Part shown: piece after piece, positions 34,283 through 43,700 of the stretch
Numbering within the stretch: position 1 is the first letter of the stretch
Layout of the letters: every line of letters begins with the position of its first letter
Translations under genes and position numbers: made by a program
NCBI GenBank assembly: GCA_004375895.1
Contig: SOJW01000020.1
Location: 1,170-65,169 of the forward strand
Direction of reading: 5' to 3'
Source: Candidatus Stahliibacteriota bacterium
GTDB taxonomy: Bacteria; Hydrothermota; Tepidihabitantia; B3-TA06
Length of the DNA stretch: 64,000 nucleotides
Notes under the pieces: model-generated
The model's input: the letters and a program-made list of their open reading frames with translations, nothing else
What the model was told of the DNA's origin: nothing
Databases searched by the model: none

Positions 34283-34965
34283 ATGCTTTAATAGCACTTT
34301 TACTGATCGCCGCGGGTTTCAGTGACCCCGGCATCCCAAACGGCGAGCGGGTCGTCTACCTTGGCTATGATCAGGGAACCACCCGCGAGATAATCCACGA
34401 AATCTACGATAAAGGAGACCACTACTACTCCATCCACAAGCACATAGATACCACGAAAATAATCGTCAAGTGCTGGGTGCGTAAGAGCGATTTTTCCACC
34501 ATCCGGATGATAAAGGATCGCTCGGGCCGCTTTCAGCTTGGGGTGGAGTCTATAGAGGGGGGCATCCTGGTCTCCGACGGGTTCAAGGGCAAACAATCCA
34601 TGCTCAAGCATGAGGGTCGCTTCTACGACCGCCATACGTTGATCGAGGCGTTTCGCGCCTTCCCGTTCGATGATCCGGGGACCATCGAGTTCGGGTTCTT
34701 CGAGTCCAATGTAGGCACGGTCATCACAGGCGCCTGCGTATACGGAGGGATACACACAATCCAGACCGAAATCGGTGATTTCCGGTGTCACAAGCTGACC
34801 CTGGGGTTCAAGAGCTTTATTGTGAAGACCCTCTACAAGGTGGTGCTGGCCGGGCGCAGCTTTGATTTCTACTACGAGGTTGATGCACCTCACCGCATGA
34901 TCTACTGGACCGACAACAAGGATGGCTACATGAAGCTTATACGCATAGAAAACGAGGGCGAATGA
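34279..34965 (+). CDS. Hypothetical secreted protein
   Basis: Signal-like MNALIALLLIAAGFS; 4-nt overlaps with alaS and scpB; antisense ORF 34300..34893 discounted. Confidence 0.55.
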   Translation: MNALIALLLIAAGFSDPGIPNGERVVYLGYDQGTTREIIHEIYDKGDHYYSIHKHIDTTKIIVKCWVRKSDFSTIRMIKDRSGRFQLGVESIEGGILVSDGFKGKQSMLKHEGRFYDRHTLIEAFRAFPFDDPGTIEFGFFESNVGTVITGACVYGGIHTIQTEIGDFRCHKLTLGFKSFIVKTLYKVVLAGRSFDFYYEVDAPHRMIYWTDNKDGYMKLIRIENEGE

Positions 34966-35666
34966 GCGAGCCCTGGCAGATTATTGAGGCGCTGCTTTTT
35001 GCCTCGCCCGAGAGTGTCAGCAGCAGGCGCTTGGCGAATGCTACCAACCTTGCTCCTTCCGAGGTAGAAGCCTGCATCCAAAAGCTCAACAGGGATTACG
35101 AAGGGCATGGCCGGTCGTTTCAAATCCGTAAGCTGGCTGGCGGCTGGCAGATGGTTACCCTTCCGCGCTTTGCCCCGTGGATTGCCCGGCTCTTGCAGCG
35201 TAAGGGCCGCGGCCGCCTGTCCACGGCTGCTTTGGAGACCCTGGCTGTGATCGCCCATCGCCAGCCGATAAACAAGCCCGATATCGATCAGGCAAGGGGG
35301 ATCGAGTCATCCTATATCCTTTCCTCCCTTCTTGAACGCGGTATTATACGCATCAAGGGACGGGACAAGCGGGCAGGGCATCCCTACGTGTACGTCACCA
35401 CCTCCAAGTTTTTGGAGTTCTTCGGCCTGGCATCGCTTGAGGAGCTGCCCGATCTTGAGGAACCCTCGGTAAAGGAAGCCGACATCCTGCCCATTGAGGA
35501 GGGGGATGAGACTGGGCAAGCAGAAGAACATCGGGAAGAATCGGCGGGGGAAGAGGTGAATCAAGATGCTCTGGCCGCCATAGGTTACCGCATCGAGAAG
35601 GCTAAGAGTAAGCAGAAGTCAAAACGGAAAGAGGCATCCCATGGAGAGTCCAATGAAACCCCTTGA
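34962..35666 (+). CDS. scpB: Segregation and condensation protein B
   Basis: IIEALLFASPESVS..., two winged-helix repeats, LETLAVIAHRQPI. Confidence 0.85.
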   Translation: MSEPWQIIEALLFASPESVSSRRLANATNLAPSEVEACIQKLNRDYEGHGRSFQIRKLAGGWQMVTLPRFAPWIARLLQRKGRGRLSTAALETLAVIAHRQPINKPDIDQARGIESSYILSSLLERGIIRIKGRDKRAGHPYVYVTTSKFLEFFGLASLEELPDLEEPSVKEADILPIEEGDETGQAEEHREESAGEEVNQDALAAIGYRIEKAKSKQKSKRKEASHGESNETP

Positions 35667-36183
35667 TCCCCAAAGGCCTCAGGCTCTTTTGATATGCGGG
35701 CTGCTTTCTGCCGACAGCCGGTTGATGAAGGAGATAGAAACGACACTAGTAGAGCACTTTGGACCCGTGGGTCTGCGGAGCGAGATCGTTCCCTTCACCT
35801 GGACCGATTACTACAACGCGGAGATGGGGGAGAAGATTCTACGGCGCTGGCTTGTCTTCTCTAGTCCGGTAAACCTTTTGGAATCCTGGCGGTTCAAGCT
35901 TGCCAGTTGCGAAGTCGAGAATGACCTACGTAGGGAGGGTAAGCGCAGAATAAACATAGACCCCGGATTCATCCGACTGGAGGGCCTGTGGCTTTTAACC
36001 ACCAAGGCGGCCGGGCACCGCGCATACCTTGATGAAGGGATATGGATCGAGCTTACCTTAAGGTTTCTGCGCGAGCACTGCGAGGAGTTGCCCTGGACAT
36101 ATCCTGACCACCGTGATCCAGTAGCACAGGCATTCTTCTTAAAGGCAAGAGAGCTTTTGAAGAAAGAGCTGCGCGATGTTTGA
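35641..36183 (+). CDS. DUF4416-like protein
   Basis: FTWTDYYNAEMG...INIDPGFI pattern as recalled for DUF4416. Confidence 0.5.
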   Translation: MESPMKPLDPQRPQALLICGLLSADSRLMKEIETTLVEHFGPVGLRSEIVPFTWTDYYNAEMGEKILRRWLVFSSPVNLLESWRFKLASCEVENDLRREGKRRINIDPGFIRLEGLWLLTTKAAGHRAYLDEGIWIELTLRFLREHCEELPWTYPDHRDPVAQAFFLKARELLKKELRDV

Positions 36184-36541
36184 GGCCCAGGTTAGGGTTC
36201 CCTTAAGTTTCAGTCACCGCCTGGAAGGGTTCGGGAGCGAGTCCCAGAAGGTTCACGAACATACCTGGGATGTTGCTGTTACCCTTGCCACCGCTGCGTT
36301 GGATCAAAGGGGCGCAAGCGTAGATTTCGTTGGGTTAAAGAAAGACCTTGCCGAACTGCTTGAGCCGTATCAGGGTAAGCTTCTTAACGACTGCGAGGCC
36401 TTTCACGAACTGCAGCCTACAGCTGAACATATCGCGATCTGGGTGGCCGGGAATCTGGCCAAGACTTACCCGGGTCTTATCCGCGCGGTAACCGTCGGTA
36501 CAGGAGAAGAATGGGCTCGGTTTATTTTAGAGGGTTCCTGA
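36176..36541 (+). CDS. 6-pyruvoyl-tetrahydropterin synthase/QueD-family protein
   Basis: SFSHRLEG...HEHTWDVAV...VDFVGLKKDL...LLND...PTAEHIAIWV. Confidence 0.65.
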   Translation: MFEAQVRVPLSFSHRLEGFGSESQKVHEHTWDVAVTLATAALDQRGASVDFVGLKKDLAELLEPYQGKLLNDCEAFHELQPTAEHIAIWVAGNLAKTYPGLIRAVTVGTGEEWARFILEGS

Positions 36542-36652
36542 TGTAATCCTTTCAGTTCATTCTTCCGCAACCAGCGAATAAGTCTGCTTTAGTTTTTCCG
36601 CCACGAATTCGCACAGAGGTTTACGTGTTGGTTTTCAGCTCGGCCCGCACGA

Positions 36653-36686
36653 TCTCCGATCTTTTCCCCGTAGGGGAAAAGGAGGA
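36653..36686 (-). repeat. AATTAATCCTCCTTTT-hairpin-AAAAGATCGGAG element copy abutting a stop codon
   Basis: Minus strand (AAT TAA)TCCTCCTTTTCCCCtacGGGGAAAAGATCGGAG; the TAA is the stop of gene 36687..38183. Confidence 0.8.
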
Positions 36687-38183
36687 TTAATTTGCGCTCC
36701 TTATTGTGAAGGTCAAGGCATTACCTTCGTGCTCCATACCTATCAGCAAGGCCTTCATCTCAAACGCGTCTAAAAACGGAAAGAGCTTTTCCTCAACGTT
36801 CGCCGGGGTAAAGCCTGCGGTGCGGTCGGCGGCGTAGATCAGGTACTCCTTTAAGGCTTCCCTGAACAGCGGCCAGTTGAGGCAGGCAACGGGTTCGGTT
36901 ATTCCTGCCGCTTCAAGATAGCCTGCGAACTCCTCCGAGCCGTCAAGGGTTAGACCGGCAGAGTACGCGTCAAGCAACCAGGGGACAAGCGCTGAGTCCG
37001 AGGTAACGGTAAGGTAGGAGTTATTAAAAAGATAGGTTATCGGCGGCAGATCCTCGCCCAGATCGAGCATGGTGTAGGCAACCTCGCCGTGAGTCAGGGT
37101 GGTGTCCCAGGCTGCGGGGAAGAACCAGGGTGCGAGTGCAGTCCAGCTCTCGAACGAACGCTCCGAGCCTGCCTCCACAGAAACCAGCCAGCGAGCCGGG
37201 GCATACCATCTATCTACATCCCAGCCCTGCATGATAAACATGGCTTCGTCCTTAAGGTCGACAGCTATCCGGGCAAACTCCTTTTCTATATCGAGATTAC
37301 CCAGAACCTCTAGCGCTCCCTCCTCTGCAGAAAGCTTGCCTGCTTCCTTCCAGACCCTGTAGGGATTGACACCGGCAAGGCTTATGAAGAGCGCGGCGTC
37401 TGCAGGTATCTTTGAGTAATCTTCAGGAGGCTTTGCATTGGCGATGAGGCCGCCCAGGACGCCTGAGGGTTTATCCATCTGGATTATTGCTTCGATTCCG
37501 TTCTCGCCTTCCTGGATAATCCATCTTGCTTCATCGAAGATCAAGTATTTACCGTGCTTACGCAAGAGCCCGTAGGCCAGCGGCTCAATGCCTCTACCGA
37601 TTGGGAAGGCTTTCTCTTCCTTCAGGTCTTCGGAGGAGGCGATCGCAAGACCCTTAAGCAGAAGCTTTTCCGAGGAGGCATACCAGAAGTAGTCTCCGGC
37701 AAAGAATGCCGCGGTGCCGCCCGTGAAAACTGTGTAGGGGATGCCTTGTGAGGACTTCTCATCGCCTTTAGCGATAATACTGCGCCACATCGCCTTTACC
37801 TTCCAGCTAGGCTGGGTGATGAGAAGGAAGCGCTTCTCGCCGTAGCTTGCGTAGATGAAGCGTGCACCAAGAACGTCCCAGAATCTGCCCTTGGTCTGTT
37901 CCTGAACCTTACTCACTTTCTCAAGGTTTGAGAAGTCTTTGTCTATCTCGTGCTTGCGGGCCAGGTGTCCTATTTTCGATGACTTGTAGAGTTTGCCGGC
38001 AGCTGTAAGATCGGCAGTCATATAGCTTTCCGCGCCCTTGGGAAGGAGCTCTTCCAGCACACCTACCTCGCGTTCTAGACCCGGGGTATCGGTCATCACC
38101 GCATAGGCGATCCCAGCTCCTATCACAAGCACTCCCAGACCTATCCCCACACCGATTAGAATTCTTTTAAGCTTTTTATTCAT
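36687..38183 (-). CDS. Membrane-anchored hypothetical protein (last gene of the A2M operon)
   Basis: N-terminal TM KRILIGVGIGLGVLVIGAGIAYAV; 4-nt overlap with the upstream gene. Confidence 0.6.
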   Translation of the reverse strand: MNKKLKRILIGVGIGLGVLVIGAGIAYAVMTDTPGLEREVGVLEELLPKGAESYMTADLTAAGKLYKSSKIGHLARKHEIDKDFSNLEKVSKVQEQTKGRFWDVLGARFIYASYGEKRFLLITQPSWKVKAMWRSIIAKGDEKSSQGIPYTVFTGGTAAFFAGDYFWYASSEKLLLKGLAIASSEDLKEEKAFPIGRGIEPLAYGLLRKHGKYLIFDEARWIIQEGENGIEAIIQMDKPSGVLGGLIANAKPPEDYSKIPADAALFISLAGVNPYRVWKEAGKLSAEEGALEVLGNLDIEKEFARIAVDLKDEAMFIMQGWDVDRWYAPARWLVSVEAGSERSFESWTALAPWFFPAAWDTTLTHGEVAYTMLDLGEDLPPITYLFNNSYLTVTSDSALVPWLLDAYSAGLTLDGSEEFAGYLEAAGITEPVACLNWPLFREALKEYLIYAADRTAGFTPANVEEKLFPFLDAFEMKALLIGMEHEGNALTFTIRSAN

Positions 38184-38818
38184 AAGGCCTCCTCTTTGAT
38201 TAGTCGGACTAAACTGTCTAGTCCCATTCCATCTATTTTTTCCTGAGTCAACCGAGCTGCTGCCAGATAGCCGAGCTTTAAGTCCAACGTATCCTTGCTT
38301 TTAAGCAATGTCTCAATCCTTTCTTTCTCTTTAGGCAAATCTTTCAAACTTACATCCTCTGCTAGCCTCCTCGCCTGCCCGGAACATATCACCGCCAGCC
38401 CCTCGTTGAGCCATAAAGGGACCTCATATGGCTCAAGCACAAGGTGCACGTACTCGTGAACCACTACCTCCTCAAGCACCCCGCGACGTTCAAGAACAGC
38501 CAGGGGCTGAACGATGAGCTCCCCGTTTCTTACCGCCGCACCATGCCAGATAGAACATCCGGTCCAGGCAGCAAAATCCCCACTCGAAGGCGCCACCCGT
38601 AACACACCACCCCGTAACACCCGTAACACACCATTCTCCCACCCTACCCCCATCGAATGATCTTCAAAGTAATCATCAACTACCCTTTCTGAGGTTCTCA
38701 GAACCTCCACCCACCTAGAAATCTCCTGTCGGTTAACTTCTTCCCCCGATGTAATGATTACCCATCTATCCATGGGCACCACCGCGCTCCAGAGAATCGC
38801 CAAGAAAAGCCTTACCAT
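38180..38818 (-). CDS. Peptidase-MA-like metalloprotein (HExxH...NEGLA)
   Basis: VVVHEYVHLVLEP...WLNEGLAV; carries an in-frame GTGTTACGG-element insert (GWENGVLRVLRGGVLRVAPSSG). Confidence 0.6.
   Translation of the reverse strand: MVRLFLAILWSAVVPMDRWVIITSGEEVNRQEISRWVEVLRTSERVVDDYFEDHSMGVGWENGVLRVLRGGVLRVAPSSGDFAAWTGCSIWHGAAVRNGELIVQPLAVLERRGVLEEVVVHEYVHLVLEPYEVPLWLNEGLAVICSGQARRLAEDVSLKDLPKEKERIETLLKSKDTLDLKLGYLAAARLTQEKIDGMGLDSLVRLIKEEAL
38575..38640 (-). repeat. GTGTTACGG element copy 2, inside a coding sequence
   Basis: Minus strand gagaatggtgtgttacgggtgttacggggtggtgtgttacgggtggcgccttcgagtgggg. Confidence 0.8.
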
Positions 38819-39834
38819 CTCTTCACCTCAGTTCCTGGATAGTAGTGCGCCAGTATCTCTTTGAAACCCGCGCCATCATCTGCCATGCCTGCCGCTCCCC
38901 ACTGGGAAAACCCGACCCCGTGTCCAAGACCGTGTCCTGTGAATATAAAGCCCTCCCCATCCTTGTGCACCTCGAACCACGAACTTTTAAGAGTCCCCCA
39001 GCCCAACTTTCGGGTCATAATCATCCTGAACTGCCAGCCAAGATAGATCACTGACTCCGAACCTCTAATCCTTATCTCTATCACCCGATTGTCAGGGGCA
39101 GACTCAACGACCTCTATATCAGATACGTGGGTGATATCCAAGGCCTGCGCGATCTGGGATGAGGTGAGCGTGTATCGCCACGAGTAGTGAGGGGAGGCTG
39201 AGCAATAGTGGTCCGGAACCGAGCGAAGATACGGTGCATACTCATCAGGCCAGATCGAGCGAGCGTCTGCGGTGCGTCCGCCAGAGGTCGAGTGGTAATA
39301 TATCTTGCAAGGCTCCCCGTGATAGGTTAAAAACATCCCTTCTGTCTCGGCTACCGCCTTCCCGGTTGCGGCGGTTACCGTTTCCAGCCCTCTATATGAC
39401 TGGCAGTGGGTGAGGTCGCATAAGTCCCAAGGCTCGTCTTGATGCCTGCAGCCGGTGTAGATGAACGTCCGGCAGAGCACGACCTGGGCCTTGAGTGCCT
39501 CAAGCTCAGCCCCCGGAACCATCTCAGCACCTACCACAGATGCAAGGTAGGCATCTTCTTCTACTTTATTAACCAGAATCAGCTCGCCGTCCTCTGCCCA
39601 AACCTCAAGAGATCCTTCATAACTGCGAGACTTATCCTTCCATTCGATGCTGAAGCCTTCGGATGGTGATCTGTAACGCTCACTGGACTTTTCGTTTACG
39701 TATAAATTGCTTCTCCTAGCTTTGAGTATATCCTTATGCCCGTCAACGATGACTGCTGCTTCCTCTAGATGGTGTGAGGAAAGAATGTTGACATTCACTC
39801 CGACGATCATCATGATTAACTTAATGCTCAGCAT
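38812..39834 (-). CDS. SpoIID/LytB-domain protein
   Basis: YYHSTSGGRTADARSIW...PYLRSV...GHGLGHGVGFSQWGA. Confidence 0.85.
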   Translation of the reverse strand: MLSIKLIMMIVGVNVNILSSHHLEEAAVIVDGHKDILKARRSNLYVNEKSSERYRSPSEGFSIEWKDKSRSYEGSLEVWAEDGELILVNKVEEDAYLASVVGAEMVPGAELEALKAQVVLCRTFIYTGCRHQDEPWDLCDLTHCQSYRGLETVTAATGKAVAETEGMFLTYHGEPCKIYYHSTSGGRTADARSIWPDEYAPYLRSVPDHYCSASPHYSWRYTLTSSQIAQALDITHVSDIEVVESAPDNRVIEIRIRGSESVIYLGWQFRMIMTRKLGWGTLKSSWFEVHKDGEGFIFTGHGLGHGVGFSQWGAAGMADDGAGFKEILAHYYPGTEVKRW

Positions 39835-40729
39835 AGACCCCTCTGAAGTAGTCTGAAAATACTATGCCTGCGATGCGGGCCGCGTCCTTGCCCTCGCCTC
39901 TATCCAGGAAAACAACCACCGCGATCTCGGGCGCCTCGTATGATGCGAATCCTACGAACCAGCCGTGTGTGACCCAGTTGCCGAGCACGGTTGATGAGCC
40001 TGTCTTGCCTGCGACCTGCACCGTTGTTATATCGGCATGTTTACCGGTTCCGCTTCGCACCACGTCTCGCAGGAGCGGTCTTATTTTAGCCAGAGCCTTT
40101 TGATTGGGGAAGGAGGAGAGCACTTCTGGCTGTCCCTCAGAAAGCCTTGGTCTCAGCAGTTCCCCTTGGGTTGCTATGCCTGAGATCAGCGCAAGCATCG
40201 CCACCGGGGTGAGCTGAATCGAGTAACCCTGACCGATAGCGAATGCAAGCTTTGCTGAGTCGGATGAGGGAGTCTCGACGATGCTCTCCGCCTCTCCGGG
40301 CAGATCAACGCCGACTCGTCCATCTAGCTTGAGTCTTCTAGGTAATGCGGCCAGGTCCTCCGCCGATAAATCTTTTGCCAGGCTCTGGAAGTAGAGGTTG
40401 CATGATTGTGAAAGAGCCCTTGAGAAGTCCACAATACCGTGTCCTCCTCGTAGCGAGCAGCGCAATGTCTCGTCCCCTGGACAGTAGAAGCCGTCTGGAA
40501 GCTCTATTCCCTTTTCTATGGCCACGAGTCCGGTGAGGAGCTTGGCGACCGATCCTGGCGGGTAACGCTTGGCAAAGAGGGTCTCCGGATCGGTCGCCGC
40601 AAGAAGTCTACCTGTCGCAAGATCCATCACCGCCACAGCGCCTCTCGAGCCTATCAATTCGGCACAGCGCTCGGCGAACGCACCCTCGGGTAACGCAGCC
40701 GCGAGGGCCAGGATGATAAGTCCGCTCAC
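39821..40729 (-). CDS. Transpeptidase-domain-only penicillin-binding protein
   Basis: SxxK (PGSVAK), SxN (SQSCN), KTG (GKTGSS); 302 aa with no glycosyltransferase domain. Confidence 0.8.
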   Translation of the reverse strand: MSGLIILALAAALPEGAFAERCAELIGSRGAVAVMDLATGRLLAATDPETLFAKRYPPGSVAKLLTGLVAIEKGIELPDGFYCPGDETLRCSLRGGHGIVDFSRALSQSCNLYFQSLAKDLSAEDLAALPRRLKLDGRVGVDLPGEAESIVETPSSDSAKLAFAIGQGYSIQLTPVAMLALISGIATQGELLRPRLSEGQPEVLSSFPNQKALAKIRPLLRDVVRSGTGKHADITTVQVAGKTGSSTVLGNWVTHGWFVGFASYEAPEIAVVVFLDRGEGKDAARIAGIVFSDYFRGVYAEH

Positions 40730-43700
40730 TCCTCGATCACGGTGATTACGGCTTCTGATGAGTGGCCGCGTTTATCCGGGAAGTACATGAGCGATACCAC
40801 TGCGGGCATGGTGTGGTAAACCCCGGGTAGGTAGGGTTCGATGACGTAGGATAGCTCTCGCCTGCCTCCCCACAGTCGGCTTATGAAGAGTGCGGTGTGG
40901 TCGTCGTGGATCTCGCGCCCGGAGTACATGTAGCCCCAGCTCTCATAGTCGTAGTAGCCGCGCCAGTATCGCTCGCCCGAGATGGGGTAGCGCGAGTTGT
41001 CCTTTACCACCTCAAAGCCGGCAGGGATCGGGTCCTGAATCATCACGTACTCGAAGTTCTCCGTGCAGTCCACAAAGAGCTTCACGAATAAAGGCTCTCC
41101 TACCTTGACCGGTCCGGAGAGCCTCTTCTTGTCGTAGACCAGTCTGTCTTTCTCCACGCGCGGGATCAACCGGTAGTACTCGCGGGTGATCTTCAGGTCG
41201 GTTCCGCCTGCCGTGATACCCTCCTCCTTGCTGTAGTATGAAAAGACCAGGCTCGTGAACAGGTTCCCGGAGCCCTTCTTGTGTATCTTGAGTGAGTTTT
41301 CCCCGTGCACCACACCTGATAGTTCGAGATCCAGTGGACGGTTGAACTGTAAGATCTCGTACTGCGAGATCTTGTAGCTTGCGATCCTGCGGTTGTTGAG
41401 CAGGAACTCGATCTCCATCCGAGGGCTGGTGTCCTTGGTGGTTTTGAAGAACTCGGCTAAAGCCAGGAGTGCCAGGGCGGAATCTTTCGAGGATTTCCAG
41501 TGGTTACCACGCCGCTCGCGCAGGAGCCAGTATATGATCTTGGGGATCATCCCCTCGCTGGGGTAGATGGCAAGAAATGCCCGCAGGGTCGTAGCTGTAA
41601 TCTCAACCGGGTCATCCTGCCAGCGCGCAAAAATGTGAACCCTGCCGCTCCAGTATACCATCTCCTCGTCTGCTATCGCCTCTTGCTTGAGACGCTCAAG
41701 CGTCTGGCGCGCCTTGGGGTCCTCACCGATCTCGTGGTAGGAAAGCGCCATAAACGCCTGCGAGTAGGGGTCGAGTTGGGTCTTCTCAAGAGCTAGAAGC
41801 TGGGCTTTTATGAACTCTTTGTCCTGGTCGGGTGCCATGGAGAGAGCGTAGAGCATGTAGGCGCGGTCGGTGGTGGCGACGTCTTTATCCTTGCGCAGCA
41901 TCCTGTTGATGGCTTCCAAGCCTCTTCTTATCACGGTTGGGTTCACATCGTAACCAAGCTGGGTGGCATACAGTAGCCCGTGCATCACGTAGGTGGTGTT
42001 GAAGTGCATGGTCTCGTCGTGCTCGAACCATCCCCAGCCGCCGTCTGAGTGCTGGTAGCCGTAGAGCTTGGCAAGGCCCTTGGCTATCATCTTTGGCAGC
42101 TCGGCGGCAAGCTGCGGGTCTCCGCGCTTGGGATCCCGGATGAGGTCGGCGACCACAAGATCCGGGAAGAAGCACGACATGGTCTGCTCCACGCATCCGT
42201 ATGGATATTTCGCAAGGTAGGAGAGCCCTGCAAAGAGTGCTGAGCTCAGTGTAGGGGTAAGTGTCAGCTTGCCAGTGATGGTTCGCAGCTCTGCCTCCTC
42301 GGGTATACTGAAGGTGCGGGCGATGCCTTGGTCAGGCTTGGGCATGAACGCCGAGATCACGAGGTTGCGCTCTATCCCGTGAGGGTTGGCCGGGATGGTA
42401 AGCTGCATGGCGTCCGAGGCATCGGTTCCTATGGCCTTGGCAATAAGGGTTACGTCGCCCGGGGCCTCGCACCGCACCGGCCAGTCCACACGGAAGGTTG
42501 AGCCTGGCTGGATGGTGTCAGTATGGGTGGTGTTGTCGAAAAGTTTTAACCCTTTGACCGAGAAGGAGAGCCTGACCTCCTGGGATGTGGGAGTGTAGTT
42601 GTGGACGATGGTCGGGATAACCAGGCTGTCTCGCTCGGTTACGAACCTGGGCGGCACGATGCGAACCAGAAGATCCTTGGTCACCAGGATCTTTTCTCGC
42701 GACTCGCCAACCTTGGTGTCCATGCTGATTGCGCGTGCAGTGGCTCGCCAGGTGGTCAGGTTATCTGGCCAGATTAACTCAACCTGGGCGCGGCCAGAGC
42801 CGTCTGTTCTCACAAACGCGTTCCAGTATGCCACGTCCTTGAACTTCTTGCGCACCTTCGGTTCTTCGCGTCCCTTGTAGGCGGCAAGCACCACGCTGTC
42901 CGCTGCCGCGGCAGAAAGCCTCTGATATTGCCGCTCGTAGCCGTAGAATGAGTAGTATACAGAGGAAGAGGTGGCAACCTGATCGGCACGCTCGCCGTAG
43001 AAGTAGTCCTCGATTGAGGGTGCGATCTCTGCGGCAAGCGAGTAGAGCGCCTCGTCCACCACGGCAAGAGAGATATCCGCCTTGATGGGTTTGCCCCGGA
43101 CGTCCTTGACCAGCACGTTCAACTTGGCCCGCTCGCCCGGCTCGTAGCGCTGTCTCTCAGGGACAAGCTCCACCGTGAGCATCCTTGCTTTGCGGTTCAC
43201 GAGCATCTTCTCTTTGTGTTCGAAGAACTCCCCTTCGTAAATCCCGCACACCGAAAGGAACACGTTAGGCACGAACATGGAGCGAACCTTGAAGCGCAGC
43301 ATCGCGGTGTTCCCCTCAAGTTCGATTATGTCAACGTCGTACAGGTTGTCCGCCTCAAGTGATGCGATTATGCTGGCGTTCTCGTAAGGGGTTATCACCA
43401 GCGCCTCGGCCCAGTCACCCACCTCGTAGGTTTCTGCATCGAAGATGATCTGGATTCTGTCGGTTTTCCAGGTGTAGTAGCCGCCGCGCTCGGAGGAGTA
43501 GAACCAGCGTTTCTCCTCGCTTTCGTTGCCTTGCTTGTCCTTGGCCTTCGCTATAACATAGTAGGGGCCTGCTTGGCTGGGGGTGAAGGTGAAGGTGGTG
43601 AATCCTATCTTGCCTGTAGAGGTGGTTTTTCTGGCGAGGACCTTGTCCTCCTTGTCCCAGTAATGCCGGTAAACTACTATCTCGACCGTGCCGGGAACAG

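Noticed and set aside
34300-34893. 197-aa minus-strand ORF
   Set aside because: It is antisense to the plus-strand ORF, which is translationally coupled (4-nt overlaps) to alaS and scpB. The plus frame has a signal peptide and is preferred.
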